Source: Chitinophagaceae bacterium (GTDB lineage: Bacteria > Bacteroidota > Bacteroidia > Chitinophagales > Chitinophagaceae). From it: 64,000 bases of DNA. The DNA lies in contig VFKL01000106.1 of the NCBI GenBank assembly GCA_009885535.1, positions 83-64,082 on the forward strand, given 5' to 3'. Numbering within the stretch: the first letter of the stretch is position 1; each line of letters begins with the position of its first letter. The notes under the pieces were generated by a model. The model was given only the letters and a program-made list of their open reading frames with translations, made no database searches and was not told the DNA's origin. Shown here piece after piece: positions 33,760-44,677 of this stretch. Both the position numbers and the translations under genes were made by a program.

Positions 33760-36192
33760 ATGAGCGAAGAATTTGAAAAAATACAGAAGAATAATGATGG
33801 GATTTTAACGCAAATTGTTTTTCGTTATTTACCTTTTTGGCCAGTTTTTGTTTTAATAGCTGCCGCAACTTTACTTATATCAATAGTGTCGCTTCGCTCT
33901 CAAACAAAAATCTATGTAGCCTCCTCTAAAGTTTTATTAAAAGATCCTCAAAAAGGTGGAGGTGATTCTAAAGTTTTAGAAGCTTTAAATATTTTCAGCG
34001 AAAAGAAAATTGTTGAAAATGAATTGGTGGTTCTTAAATCTTCTTCCCTAATGGAAGAGGTGGTAAGAGAAATAGATTTATATACATCAGTTTATAACGA
34101 AGGAAGGGTTCAAGTTGAAACTCTTTATGGAGATAATGCACCGCTATATTTCATTGCACAAAATAAAGATAGTATTGAATCTTCTGGGAAGTATTTTTTT
34201 CAAATAAATTGGAAAAAAAGTACCATAAACATTGATGGTAGAAATGTCTCTTTTAATGAGGATATTAAAATTGGAAAAACTCAATATAAAATTGTACCAA
34301 ACTTAAATTACAATAAAGACCTTTCTGGAAAAAATTATTTTGTTGTTTTTAATTCTATAAAATCTACGGCTTCAGGAATTATCGGTTCTATAAAAGCTGC
34401 TCCAATTAGCTATGCTTCTACGGTTATTGATGTTAAAATGGAAACACCAATTCCTCAAAAAGGGATTGATATTTTAAACAAGCTTTTTGAAGTGTACAAT
34501 AAAGCAGGGATTGATGATAAAAATCTAATTGCAACTAAGACTTTAAATTTTATTGAGGATCGATTAAACACAGTAATTAATCAGCTGGATAGCGTTGAGA
34601 AAAATATAGAACAATTTAAAACAAAAGAAGGCGGATTAGAATTGGGCACTCAAGCAACCACTTTTTTTGAAACAGTAAAAGAATTAGATAAGGCAAATAG
34701 CACATTGGATTTGCAATTGCAACTTTTAAAAGAAGTATCTAACTATATTAGTAGCAAAGGGAAAAAAACAGGAACCGTTCCATCGCTTATTTTACTAAAT
34801 GACGAAACACTGAGGGGATTATTGAATCAATTATATTCTGCCGAATTTGAATTGGATCAAGCAAATGCAACATCAGGAAAACAAAGTAATGTTGTATTAT
34901 TAGCAGTAGAAAAAATAGAAAAATTAAAAGGAAGCATTAGAGAAAGTATTGGAAATTTACAAAGCAACTTACTTACACAAAAGCGGATTAATGAACAGAA
35001 TATTGCAATGAACAAGCAATTGTACACTTCTGTTCCTCAAAAGGAACGAACACTTTTGGAAATTAGCCGACAACAAGCCATTAAAAATAATATTTACACA
35101 TACCTACTTCAAAAACGAGAAGAAACCGCTTTATCTTCAGCCTCAACAAGTGCTGATTTGAGGGTTTTAGAAAGAGGTTCTTTTAGTGGACCAATAAGCC
35201 CAATCGCAAGTACATATTATTGGGCTGGTTTTTTAATTGGGTTGATTATTTTTATTCTGTATGTTCAACTCTACGAACAATTGAACAATCGGATTATGTT
35301 TCGAGCTGAAATTGAAAAGAGAACAAACGTGCCCGTAATTGGAGAAATCGTACAATCAAAAAATAGAGAGACCATTGCCATTACTGAAGGAGTTAGGACT
35401 GTTATTGCAGAGCAGTTTAGGGCTCTAAGAACCAATCTTAACTTCATGGGTTATAATGAAAAAAACAATGTGTTGTTGGTTACTTCAAGTATTTCTGGAG
35501 AAGGGAAGAGTTTTGTTTCTTTGAACTTAGCCATTAGTTTAACATTAACCGGAAAAAAAGTGGCATTGCTAGAAATGGATTTAAGAAAACCCAAATTGAG
35601 CAAATTACTCGGAATGAAAAGGGATATTGGAATCTCTAGTCACCTAGTTAATAAATCAACTATTGAAGAAATTATAAAACCAACACAGTTTAATAATTTA
35701 TTTTTATTAGGAGCAGGCCCCATTCCCCCCAATCCTACAGAGTTAATTAGTAAGCCGGAATTCAAACAAATGATTGATACCCTCAAAGAAAAGTTTGATT
35801 ATGTAATCATTGATACAGCACCAGTAGGGCCAGTTACAGATGCCCAACTTTTGTCAGATTATGCAAACCTTACTTTGTTTATTATACGTCACAAACATAC
35901 ACCCGCTGTTTTTGTAAAAATGATTGAAGGATTTAATGCGGAGAAGAAATTCAATAACATGTGTATTGCCTTTAATGGTATTAAACCAAGAGGTGTATCA
36001 TTATTTAATTACGGTTTTGGAGGTTATGGTAACGGATATGGTTATGGGTATGGTTACGGGTATGGTTACGGGTATGGTTATGCGTATGGTAAAGCTGATA
36101 CAAGCTATTATTTAAATGACGATAATACACCTGGGTTTAAAAATATAAATGATATCAGCAAATTTCTCTTGAATTTATTCAAAAGAAAATAG
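33760..36192 (+). CDS. wzc: Wzc-type chain-length determinant / BY tyrosine kinase with a Gly-Tyr repeat tail
   Basis: 810 aa. An N-terminal Wzz-like domain has two TM helices and a coiled-coil periplasmic region. The P-loop is 'TSSISGEGKSF' and the Walker B-like motif is 'VIIDTAPVG'. The C-terminus reads 'YGNGYGYGYGYGYGYGYGYAYGKADTSYY'. Confidence 0.85.
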   Translation: MSEEFEKIQKNNDGILTQIVFRYLPFWPVFVLIAAATLLISIVSLRSQTKIYVASSKVLLKDPQKGGGDSKVLEALNIFSEKKIVENELVVLKSSSLMEEVVREIDLYTSVYNEGRVQVETLYGDNAPLYFIAQNKDSIESSGKYFFQINWKKSTINIDGRNVSFNEDIKIGKTQYKIVPNLNYNKDLSGKNYFVVFNSIKSTASGIIGSIKAAPISYASTVIDVKMETPIPQKGIDILNKLFEVYNKAGIDDKNLIATKTLNFIEDRLNTVINQLDSVEKNIEQFKTKEGGLELGTQATTFFETVKELDKANSTLDLQLQLLKEVSNYISSKGKKTGTVPSLILLNDETLRGLLNQLYSAEFELDQANATSGKQSNVVLLAVEKIEKLKGSIRESIGNLQSNLLTQKRINEQNIAMNKQLYTSVPQKERTLLEISRQQAIKNNIYTYLLQKREETALSSASTSADLRVLERGSFSGPISPIASTYYWAGFLIGLIIFILYVQLYEQLNNRIMFRAEIEKRTNVPVIGEIVQSKNRETIAITEGVRTVIAEQFRALRTNLNFMGYNEKNNVLLVTSSISGEGKSFVSLNLAISLTLTGKKVALLEMDLRKPKLSKLLGMKRDIGISSHLVNKSTIEEIIKPTQFNNLFLLGAGPIPPNPTELISKPEFKQMIDTLKEKFDYVIIDTAPVGPVTDAQLLSDYANLTLFIIRHKHTPAVFVKMIEGFNAEKKFNNMCIAFNGIKPRGVSLFNYGFGGYGNGYGYGYGYGYGYGYGYAYGKADTSYYLNDDNTPGFKNINDISKFLLNLFKRK

Positions 36193-36259
36193 TATTTCCT
36201 AACAATAAATAAATCGTCTTTGGTTACAGTTTATACTGTAACTGAGGACTAGCGAAGCT

Positions 36260-36766
36260 TTGTCTTATATACAAGAAAATATCAATTGGTACGTTGTGTA
36301 CACGCGCCCAAGATGGGAAAAAAAAATAGCCACTTTACTAGATAATCGTGGCATTGAAAATTATTTACCCTTGAACAAAGTGGTTAAACAATGGAGTGAT
36401 AGAAAAAAAATAGTTCAAGAGCCTTTATTTAAAGGATATTTATTTATTAAAATTGCAGAGAAAGAAAAATGGGACGTAAAGTTAGTTGATGGTATTTTGA
36501 ATTATGTACATTGGTTAGGTAAACCTGCAGTTGTTAAGGAATCCGATATTAAAAATATCAAAAAATTTTTACAAGAGTTTGACAATGTCCAGGTGGTTGA
36601 CAAATCACTCCAAAAAGGAGATGAAGTTATTGTTCAACAAGGAATAATGATGAATTACAAGGGAATAGTGTTAGAAGTGTTGCATAATAAAGCCATAGTA
36701 AATATTGACAGTATGGGCATTAAATTAAATGCAACATTTGATATAAATAAATTAGAAACGGTTTAA
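36260..36766 (+). CDS. UpxY-family transcription antiterminator (NusG paralog)
   Basis: 168 aa. NGN-like 'NWYVVYTRPRWEKKIATLL...ENYLPL' and KOW-like 'GDEVIVQQGIMMNYKGIVLEV'. The apparent start is TTG. Confidence 0.8.
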   Translation: MSYIQENINWYVVYTRPRWEKKIATLLDNRGIENYLPLNKVVKQWSDRKKIVQEPLFKGYLFIKIAEKEKWDVKLVDGILNYVHWLGKPAVVKESDIKNIKKFLQEFDNVQVVDKSLQKGDEVIVQQGIMMNYKGIVLEVLHNKAIVNIDSMGIKLNATFDINKLETV

Positions 36767-36822
36767 ATTTGTTTGGGTATCACTTCTCATTTTTGATTTT
36801 TCACTTTTCACTTATTAATTAA

Positions 36823-37791
36823 ATGAATCTATCAGATAAAATATATGTAGCAGGTCACAACGGCTTAGTAGGGAATTCAATTTTTAAATTCCTTCAAAAT
36901 GAAGGATTTATAAATATTATTACAAAAAGTTCCAAAGAACTAGACCTAAGAAATAAAGCTTTAGTGGATGAATTTTTTAGAATTGAAAAACCCCAGTTTG
37001 TATTTTTAGCTGCTGCAAAAGTTGGTGGAATTCATGCAAATAATACTTTCCCTGCAGATTTTTACTACGACAATATTTGCATTCAAAATAATGTAATTCA
37101 TGCAGCCTATGTCAATAAAGTTGAAAAACTATTATTTTTAGGAAGCAGTTGTATTTATCCCAAAAATTCACCACAACCCATTTGTGAATCCTATTTATTA
37201 AATGGATATTTAGAACCTACAAATGAAGCTTATGCCATTGCAAAATTAGCAGGAATAAAAATGTGTCAAGCTTATCGTCAGCAATATGGATGCAATTTCA
37301 TCAGTGTTATGCCCCCTAATTTATATGGGCCTGGAGATAATTATGATTTAGATAACGCTCATGTTTTACCCGCTTTATTGAGAAAGTTTCATGAGGCAAA
37401 AATAAATAATTCAGAAACCGTTACCGTTTGGGGATCGGGCACGCCCAAAAGAGAATTTTTATTTGTAGAAGATATGGCATTGGCTTGTTATTTTTTAATG
37501 GAAAATTATAATTCGAATGCCATCATAAATGTTGGTACAGGCATAGATCATACCATTTTACAACTGGCAGAAATTGCAAAAAAAGTTACCGGGTTTACTG
37601 GTCAAATTATTTTAGATGCCAATAAGCCAGATGGTACTCCACGCAAACTACTTATGGTAGATAAAATAAATGCTTTAGGTTGGTTTGCTAAAATGGATTT
37701 GGAAACGGGATTATCCAAAACGTATGAAGATTTTAAAACGAATTACGAATATTATATTTCAAAGAAACAATTTTCATCTCAAGGCGCATAA
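36823..37791 (+). CDS. fcl: GDP-L-fucose synthase
   Basis: 322 aa. 'IYVAGHNGLVGNSI', 'AAAKVGGIHANNTFPADFYYDN', 'LGSSCIYPK' and 'YAIAKLAG'. Confidence 0.85.
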   Translation: MNLSDKIYVAGHNGLVGNSIFKFLQNEGFINIITKSSKELDLRNKALVDEFFRIEKPQFVFLAAAKVGGIHANNTFPADFYYDNICIQNNVIHAAYVNKVEKLLFLGSSCIYPKNSPQPICESYLLNGYLEPTNEAYAIAKLAGIKMCQAYRQQYGCNFISVMPPNLYGPGDNYDLDNAHVLPALLRKFHEAKINNSETVTVWGSGTPKREFLFVEDMALACYFLMENYNSNAIINVGTGIDHTILQLAEIAKKVTGFTGQIILDANKPDGTPRKLLMVDKINALGWFAKMDLETGLSKTYEDFKTNYEYYISKKQFSSQGA

Positions 37792-39585
37792 ATGTGTAGA
37801 ATAGCCGGTATCGTTAATTTCAATTGGAGTTCTGAAAAGAATCAGCAAACAGTTGAAAATATGTGCAACTTTCTAAAGCATGGTGGCCCAGATGATGGTG
37901 GCATTTTCACCTCAGAAAGTGGTAATTTGGTTTTAGGCAACAGAAGATTGGCTTTAGTTGATTTATCTCAAGCAGGTCATCAACCCATGCATTATCAAAA
38001 TCAGTTTACCATTACGTATAATGGAGAATTGTATAATTATCTTGAATTAAAAAATCAACTGATTCAATTAGGACATCAGTTTTCAAATCATACCGATACA
38101 GAAGTTATACTTGCTGCATTTGCAGAATGGAATGTGCATGCTTTTGAAAAATTTAATGGCATGTATGCATTTGCGTTATATGACCAATCAAACGAGATGC
38201 TTTATGTGGTACGTGATGTGGTAGGTATAAAACCACTATATTATTCAGTTGATGATAATCAACTCGTTTTTGCTTCTGAAGTAAATGCGTTTAATGCGGT
38301 AGATTTTAATTGGACGAAAAACGAACATTGGCCTGTTTTTTTAATGGCTTATGGACATATCCCAGAACCATACACCACATTTAAAGAAGTTTCCACATTA
38401 CATAAAGGGAGTTTTATAAAGTATGATTTAAAGCATAGAAAACATTCGATACAATCTTATTCCTTTTATAGTTTTAGTCAAGATTTAAATGTTGGTGATA
38501 ATTTAAAAAGCACAATAAGAAATCAAATAGAAAATGGAGTAAAATCTCAACTTGTAGCAGATGCTCCAGTTGGTGTTTTTTTAAGTGGCGGAATTGATTC
38601 AAGCATCTTGGCATTAATTGCGGATCAACATAAAAAAGAAGGCATTCAATCATTATCCATCTACTTTAACGAAAACGAATATTCTGAAAAGAAATATCAG
38701 GATATTGTGATGTCGAAATTGAAAGGCGAAAAGCATCAGTTTTTATTATCAAAAAATGATTTTGAAAATCATCTTCCTCAAGTTTTACAATCTATGGATT
38801 TGCCAAGTTGTGATGGCATAAATACTTGGTTTATTAGCAAACATGCCAAAGCACTTGGATTGAAAGCCGTTTTATCTGGCATTGGTGCGGATGAATTATT
38901 TGGCGGTTATCCTTCTTTTCAGCGAATGAGTTTGGCGCGTAAATTATCTTTGACACCCAATTTTCTGCTAAATATTTTTAAGAAAAATACCAAAAAGCCA
39001 TTTAATAGAATTTCTTATTTAGGAATGGATGGGATAAAAGGAATGTATCTTTTTATGCGCGGGCATTACAACGTTCATGAAATTGCCAACTATTTAGAAG
39101 CTGAAGAACGTGAAATTTGGAACATCATTAATGATAATCCAATGATGGGAGATATAAAACAAATGCCCACTCAAAATCAAGCGAGTTGGATGGAGTTTAA
39201 CATGTACATGCAAAACCAGCTTTTGAAAGATGCTGACGTGATGAGTATGGCACATGGCGTTGAAATCAGGGTGCCGTTTTTAGATCAAGCGCTTGTAAAA
39301 ACAATGTTTAGTATAAACGCAAATGATAAGTTTTCAGGTAAGTTGCCCAAGCAATTGCTAATAGATTCATGTAAAGATATTTTGCCAGAACAAGTTTGGA
39401 ATCGACCAAAAATGGGATTCAGTTTTCCTTTCTCAACTTGGATGAAAAACAATAGTTATTTAGAGGACTTGATGCAATACAGCAATAAAAATACAAAGGC
39501 GTATTATAACGATTTCAAACAAGGAACTTTACATTGGTCTCAAATGATGTCGTTGATGATTATGAAAACGAGGAATGAAGCATAA
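37792..39585 (+). CDS. asparagine synthase-family glutamine amidotransferase, paralog 1
   Basis: 597 aa. Ntn nucleophile 'MCRIAGI', 'YNGELYNY' and PP-loop 'FLSGGIDSS'. The ATG abuts the fcl stop. Confidence 0.85.
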   Translation: MCRIAGIVNFNWSSEKNQQTVENMCNFLKHGGPDDGGIFTSESGNLVLGNRRLALVDLSQAGHQPMHYQNQFTITYNGELYNYLELKNQLIQLGHQFSNHTDTEVILAAFAEWNVHAFEKFNGMYAFALYDQSNEMLYVVRDVVGIKPLYYSVDDNQLVFASEVNAFNAVDFNWTKNEHWPVFLMAYGHIPEPYTTFKEVSTLHKGSFIKYDLKHRKHSIQSYSFYSFSQDLNVGDNLKSTIRNQIENGVKSQLVADAPVGVFLSGGIDSSILALIADQHKKEGIQSLSIYFNENEYSEKKYQDIVMSKLKGEKHQFLLSKNDFENHLPQVLQSMDLPSCDGINTWFISKHAKALGLKAVLSGIGADELFGGYPSFQRMSLARKLSLTPNFLLNIFKKNTKKPFNRISYLGMDGIKGMYLFMRGHYNVHEIANYLEAEEREIWNIINDNPMMGDIKQMPTQNQASWMEFNMYMQNQLLKDADVMSMAHGVEIRVPFLDQALVKTMFSINANDKFSGKLPKQLLIDSCKDILPEQVWNRPKMGFSFPFSTWMKNNSYLEDLMQYSNKNTKAYYNDFKQGTLHWSQMMSLMIMKTRNEA

Positions 39586-40687
39586 AAAAATTTTATTTTT
39601 AAGTTTAAGGATATTTTCTGCAACAGGTGGCATTGAAAAAGTTTGCAGGATTTTGGGAAAAGCATTATTTGAAACTACATTTAGTGGGAATTGTAGTTTG
39701 GAGATTTATTCATCTCATGATACAACGAATCAATCAAGTCATAATGTGTATTTTCCTTCAGATTATTTTTCGGGTTTTGGAAATAACAGATTCAAGTTTT
39801 TAAATGCAGCCTTTTTAAATGGAATAAAATCGGAAGTCGTGATATTGAGTCATATCAATCTATTGCCGATTGGTTGGTTGATTAAACGATTTTCTCCAAA
39901 AACAAAATTGGTTATGTTAGCACATGGAATTGAAGTGTGGTCATTACCGTTAGGGATAAAAAAAAAGATGCTCAATGCTTGCGATGAGATTTTATGTGTA
40001 AGTCAATTTACAAAAGATGAAATGATCAAATTGCATGGAGTTGTGGCAAAAAAATATTCGGTATTAAATAATTGTTTAGATCCATTTTTGCCAGTTTTAG
40101 CAAAACAAAATGACTCAATAGATTTAAGAAGCAAATACGGTTTTTCTCCATTTGGTAAGATACTTTTTACATTAACGCGAATGGATGCTACGGAACGGTA
40201 TAAGGGTTACGATAGGGTATTACAAGCCATGGCATTATTAATAAATGAAATGCCGGATTTGAAATACATCATTGGTGGTAGTTATGATAAAATAGAAAAA
40301 AACAAAATTGATGAATTGATTGCAGAATTGGGTTTAAAAGATAATGTAGTGATTACTGGGTTTATTCCTGATGAAGATTTGAATGATTATTTTTTGATGT
40401 CGGATTTATATGTAATGCCCAGTTACAATGAAGGGTTTGGGATTGTATTTATAGAAGCCATGTATTACGGACTTCCTGTAATTGCTGGGAATAAAGATGG
40501 TTCAGTGGATGCATTGCTAAATGGAAAACTTGGAACCCTTATAGATCCAATGGATATAGAATCTTTGAAAAATGCAATCAAAGACAATTTTGGAATTTCA
40601 AAAAATAAAAAAGTAGACAATGAGGTTTTGATGGGAAATTTTGGATACGATGTATACAAGGAAAAGCTAAGTGTAATTTTAAATTAA
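39575..40687 (+). CDS. glycosyltransferase family 4
   Basis: 370 aa. 'PSYNEGFGIVFIEAMYYGLPVIAGNKDGSVDAL' is the GT4 E-x7-E region. It overlaps the upstream gene by 11 nt. Confidence 0.8.
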   Translation: MKHKKILFLSLRIFSATGGIEKVCRILGKALFETTFSGNCSLEIYSSHDTTNQSSHNVYFPSDYFSGFGNNRFKFLNAAFLNGIKSEVVILSHINLLPIGWLIKRFSPKTKLVMLAHGIEVWSLPLGIKKKMLNACDEILCVSQFTKDEMIKLHGVVAKKYSVLNNCLDPFLPVLAKQNDSIDLRSKYGFSPFGKILFTLTRMDATERYKGYDRVLQAMALLINEMPDLKYIIGGSYDKIEKNKIDELIAELGLKDNVVITGFIPDEDLNDYFLMSDLYVMPSYNEGFGIVFIEAMYYGLPVIAGNKDGSVDALLNGKLGTLIDPMDIESLKNAIKDNFGISKNKKVDNEVLMGNFGYDVYKEKLSVILN

Positions 40688-40690
40688 CAA

Positions 40691-41533
40691 ATGAAGAATA
40701 CAAAATCTAATAATGAAGATTGGGATTTGGTTCTAGAATCAGGCAGAGCCGATAAACATTATTGGAAAGACTTATGGCGTTATAGAGAGTTATTTTATAT
40801 TCTCAGTTGGAGAGATATTAAAGTAAGATATAAACAAACCGTATTGGGTGCAGCATGGAGCATTATTAGGCCCTTACTTACAACAATTATATTTACAATA
40901 GTATTTAGTAAAATAGCCAAACTAGATAATCCAGGAAATGCACCATATGCATTAATGGTGTTTGCGGGGATGTTGCCTTGGCAGTTTTTTAGTAATGCAT
41001 TAAGTGAGTCAAGTAATAGCTTAATTGGCAATGCAAACCTTATCACTAAAGTATATTTCCCTAGACTCATTATTCCTGCAAGCTCAGTAATAACAAGCTT
41101 GGTCGATTTTGCCATTTCATTTTTGATATTAATTGTCATGATGTTTTGGTATCAATACATACCATCTTGGCATATTGTTTTTTTACCCATATTTATATTG
41201 CTTGCGTTTATGTGTGCTTTTGGCGTGGGATTATACCTCACTGCTGTAAATGTTAAGTATCGCGATTTTCGCTATATCATTCCTTTCATCATTCAATTCG
41301 GATTATATATTACACCAGTTGGTTTTAGCAGTTCGGTCATTGGAGAAAAGTGGAAATTTTTATATGCTTTAAATCCAATGGTAGGTATAATAGATGGTTT
41401 TAGATGGTGTATTTTAGGAGATCCAATGAAATGGAGTTCATTTATTTTTTCGTTTAGTGTGATAATTATTTTCTTAATGATAGGGATAACTTATTTTAGA
41501 AAAATGGAAAAGTCATTTGCAGATAACATTTAA
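40691..41533 (+). CDS. wzm: polysaccharide ABC exporter permease (Wzm, ABC-2 type)
   Basis: 280 aa with six hydrophobic helices. The N-terminal 'YRELFYILSWRDIKVRYKQTVLGAAWSIIRPLL' is typical of O-antigen/teichoic-acid export permeases. Confidence 0.8.
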   Translation: MKNTKSNNEDWDLVLESGRADKHYWKDLWRYRELFYILSWRDIKVRYKQTVLGAAWSIIRPLLTTIIFTIVFSKIAKLDNPGNAPYALMVFAGMLPWQFFSNALSESSNSLIGNANLITKVYFPRLIIPASSVITSLVDFAISFLILIVMMFWYQYIPSWHIVFLPIFILLAFMCAFGVGLYLTAVNVKYRDFRYIIPFIIQFGLYITPVGFSSSVIGEKWKFLYALNPMVGIIDGFRWCILGDPMKWSSFIFSFSVIIIFLMIGITYFRKMEKSFADNI

Positions 41534-41545
41534 TTTTTTAGTGCA

Positions 41546-42790
41546 TTGTCAAAAATTATAGAAGTTCGTGGGCTTTCAAAATCTTACATCATCAATCATG
41601 AAGGCAAAGAAAGTTATACCGCATTAAGAGATGTAATTGCTCAGAAAGCAAAAAAAATATTTTCTTTTCCCAATTGGAAATCAACAAATAAAACACAAGA
41701 AGAATTTTGGGCATTAAAAGATATTGATTTTGATATTGAACAAGGAGATAGGGTAGGGATTATTGGTAGGAATGGGGCAGGGAAAAGTACTCTATTGAAA
41801 ATTTTATCAAGGATTACAGAGCCAACAAATGGTTCCATTAAAATAAAAGGCCGAATAGCTTCATTGCTGGAAGTTGGAACTGGATTTCATCCTGAACTTT
41901 CTGGCAGAGAAAATATTTATTTAAATGGCGCGATATTGGGAATGAGCAGAACCGAAATAAAAAAGCATTTTGATGCTATTGTTGATTTTGCTGAAGTAGA
42001 AAGATTTTTAGATACACCCGTAAAAAGATATAGCAGTGGAATGTATGTGCGTTTAGCCTTTGCCGTTGCTGCTCACCTTGAACCGGAGATTTTAATTGTA
42101 GATGAAGTGTTGGCTGTTGGTGATGCACAGTTTCAAAAGAAATGCTTGGGTAAGATGGAAGACGTGAGTAAGAATGAAGGAAGGACAGTACTTTTTGTGA
42201 GTCATAACATGGGGGTGGTATCGCAGTTGTGTACAAGCGCAATTTTACTAAATAAAGGAAAAATTGATTTTAATGGTAAGGTTGCTTCTGTTGTTGATAA
42301 ATATTTAAGAAATCAATCTGCCACAAATGACTTTGCATACAATGAATCTATAAAAGGGTTAAAACCCAATTTTATTGATTCGATAAAAATAAAAAATACA
42401 GAACAACAATATATTTCTAGCTTTTCTTTTGATCAGCATATCGTGATTGAATTCTGTTGTAAAATAAATAATTATACGCCCGACTTGTTAATAGGAATTG
42501 GGATGCAAGACAAGTCAAATAGTAGGGTCTTTACGGTAGTTAAAGAAATTGATTTTTTTATGGATAATTCCACTGATCAATTTCGTGGAGAACTAACTTT
42601 ACCAAAATCTTTGTTTGCTCCAAATATGTATTCATTTGTTTTTGCCTTATGGACTAAAATGGGCGTTATACACGATGTTGCAGAAAATGTATGCATAATT
42701 AGTATTCATGATAATGGCACTTCTCTTGCAGCATTTGAAGGTGCTGATTATGGTTCTGTAATTATTAACCCAAATTGGAAATCAATTTGA
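41546..42790 (+). CDS. wzt: polysaccharide ABC exporter ATPase with C-terminal glycan-binding-type domain (Wzt)
   Basis: 414 aa. Walker A 'GRNGAGKST', signature 'YSSGM' and Walker B 'ILIVDEVL' are present. A further ~160-aa beta-rich C-terminal extension resembles Wzt_C. The apparent start is TTG. Confidence 0.85.
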   Translation: MSKIIEVRGLSKSYIINHEGKESYTALRDVIAQKAKKIFSFPNWKSTNKTQEEFWALKDIDFDIEQGDRVGIIGRNGAGKSTLLKILSRITEPTNGSIKIKGRIASLLEVGTGFHPELSGRENIYLNGAILGMSRTEIKKHFDAIVDFAEVERFLDTPVKRYSSGMYVRLAFAVAAHLEPEILIVDEVLAVGDAQFQKKCLGKMEDVSKNEGRTVLFVSHNMGVVSQLCTSAILLNKGKIDFNGKVASVVDKYLRNQSATNDFAYNESIKGLKPNFIDSIKIKNTEQQYISSFSFDQHIVIEFCCKINNYTPDLLIGIGMQDKSNSRVFTVVKEIDFFMDNSTDQFRGELTLPKSLFAPNMYSFVFALWTKMGVIHDVAENVCIISIHDNGTSLAAFEGADYGSVIINPNWKSI

Positions 42791-43407
42791 AAAATATTTT
42801 AAAAAAGATTATACTACGTATTTTCCAAGTTGGTATGGATGAATACAAAAAAATGGAAACTATTTGTCAAAGAGAACAGTTTTCAGATAATTCAATTTTT
42901 GACAACAGTATCATTACAGGAAAAAATACTAGAATCATCAATAATGCTGGAATAAAAGAACGAATTGTGTTAGAAGGACAATCCATCATTTTAGGCGAAA
43001 TACAAACAATGCAGCATGGAGGAATTATTAAAATAGGGAAACACGTTTTTATTGGAGAAAATACAAGAATTTGGTCATCGGCTTCAATAACAATTGGTGA
43101 TCGCGTATTGATTTCTCACAACGTAAATATTCATGATAATAATTCCCATTTATTAGATAAGCATTTGCGTCATCAAGAATTTAAATACGTTTACGAAACG
43201 CATAAACCTTTTCCACACATTCAACTGCCTGAAAAGGAAATTATAATTGGAGATGACGTTTGGATTGGTTTTAATGCAACAATTTTAAAAGGTGTTACCA
43301 TTGGTAATGGTGCAATTATTGGCGCAAATTCAATCGTAACAAAAGATGTTCCAGCAGGTGCAGTAGTTGTTGGTGCAGATCAAAAAATCATCAAGTTTTT
43401 AGATTAA
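42775..43407 (+). CDS. hexapeptide-repeat (LbH) acyl/acetyltransferase
   Basis: 210 aa. '[43 protein letters not shown]'. The start is uncertain: TTG at 42775 or ATG at 42835. Confidence 0.75.
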   Translation: MEINLKNILKKIILRIFQVGMDEYKKMETICQREQFSDNSIFDNSIITGKNTRIINNAGIKERIVLEGQSIILGEIQTMQHGGIIKIGKHVFIGENTRIWSSASITIGDRVLISHNVNIHDNNSHLLDKHLRHQEFKYVYETHKPFPHIQLPEKEIIIGDDVWIGFNATILKGVTIGNGAIIGANSIVTKDVPAGAVVVGADQKIIKFLD

Positions 43408-43459
43408 ATAAATCATTTTTTTTAGTATAATCTATTAAAACATAAAATAAAAAATAATA

Positions 43460-44677
43460 ATGAAAATTGCTTTTGTTGACAATCTTCAAGTAGGTGGTGG
43501 ACTTTCACGATTTTCATTATTACTTTGTAAGAGTTTGGTACAATTGGATGAAACCATTCAAATTGATTATTTAATACATAGTCAAAACTTAAAGCTTGTC
43601 CCTGAATTATTGTCTATAAAAAAGGTCAACGTTATTGTTCTAAAATCAACATTGCCATTAAGTTTTTTGGGGAAAGTGTTATTTAAAATAAAATTTTTGT
43701 TAGGTAATAAATCTTTCCTTAATCCTGTCATTGCTGAAATAGAAAAAATTGTTGATGAAAAATATAATGTAGCATTCTTTCCTTCAGCGCACATGATGGA
43801 ACGGCCAGATTTAAGAATTCCAATTGTAGGAACATTGCATGATTTTAATTGGAAATATTTTTTTGGAAGACAAATCTTCTCAACTGATTTTGTAAAAAAA
43901 ATGGATGTTGAAATAGTTAAATGGATGCGAGGCGGTTATACCGTTTGCTCTGCTCAAGATGTTGTAGATGAAGCTAAGAAATTGTATCCTGAAGTTAAAC
44001 GATATCCCAAAGTGATCCATATCGCTCCTGTTGTTGTGAATACTACAGTTTCTGAAAATAAATCAACTGAAATACTAAATCAGTTAAACATCAATTATCC
44101 ATACATTATTTTTCCTGGAAATTTTTTCCCACATAAAAATCACTTAAATCTTTTTACCGCTTTTTACTTACTAAAACAAAGAGCTGGTTTTGATAAATAT
44201 AAATTGTTATTAACCGGCGTCAATTCCGAACAAGTAAATTATGGAGTAGCAGAATACAGAGGTGTAAGGCTTATTTCAGAAATTAAACATGAAACAGATT
44301 TCAATGTAAGAGGACTTGGTTATCAATCAAATGAAGTTATTGATGTGCTTATTGCCAATGCAAGATTACTTGTTTCCCCATCTATTTATGAAGCCATTTG
44401 TACCCCTGCAATGGATGCTTGGAATTTTGGCGTGCCCACTGCAATTTCTGATATTGCTCCATTTAGAGAACATGAAAAAGCTTGGGGTGTACAATCTGTA
44501 TATTTCGATCCAATGAATCCTTTAGATATAGCCGATAAACTTGAAGCATGTTTGAATGATTATGAAAACACAAAAAAACAAGGTCAAATTTCAAAAGATA
44601 AAATGAAGGAATATGGTTGGGAAAAAGTCGCAGCATCTTATTTTGAAGTTTTTAAAAATGCAGTTGAAAACAAATGA
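43460..44677 (+). CDS. glycosyltransferase (GT1/GT4 fold)
   Basis: 405 aa. 'LVSPSIYEAICTPAMDAWNFGVPTAISDIAPFREH' is a GT-B C-terminal domain motif. Confidence 0.65.
   Translation: MKIAFVDNLQVGGGLSRFSLLLCKSLVQLDETIQIDYLIHSQNLKLVPELLSIKKVNVIVLKSTLPLSFLGKVLFKIKFLLGNKSFLNPVIAEIEKIVDEKYNVAFFPSAHMMERPDLRIPIVGTLHDFNWKYFFGRQIFSTDFVKKMDVEIVKWMRGGYTVCSAQDVVDEAKKLYPEVKRYPKVIHIAPVVVNTTVSENKSTEILNQLNINYPYIIFPGNFFPHKNHLNLFTAFYLLKQRAGFDKYKLLLTGVNSEQVNYGVAEYRGVRLISEIKHETDFNVRGLGYQSNEVIDVLIANARLLVSPSIYEAICTPAMDAWNFGVPTAISDIAPFREHEKAWGVQSVYFDPMNPLDIADKLEACLNDYENTKKQGQISKDKMKEYGWEKVAASYFEVFKNAVENK

Noticed and set aside
35924-36115. 63-aa alternative-frame ORF across the Wzc tail.
   Set aside because: It is the +1 frame reading of the GGTTAY repeat ('MVMGMVTGMVTGMVM') and lies entirely inside the well-supported wzc ORF.
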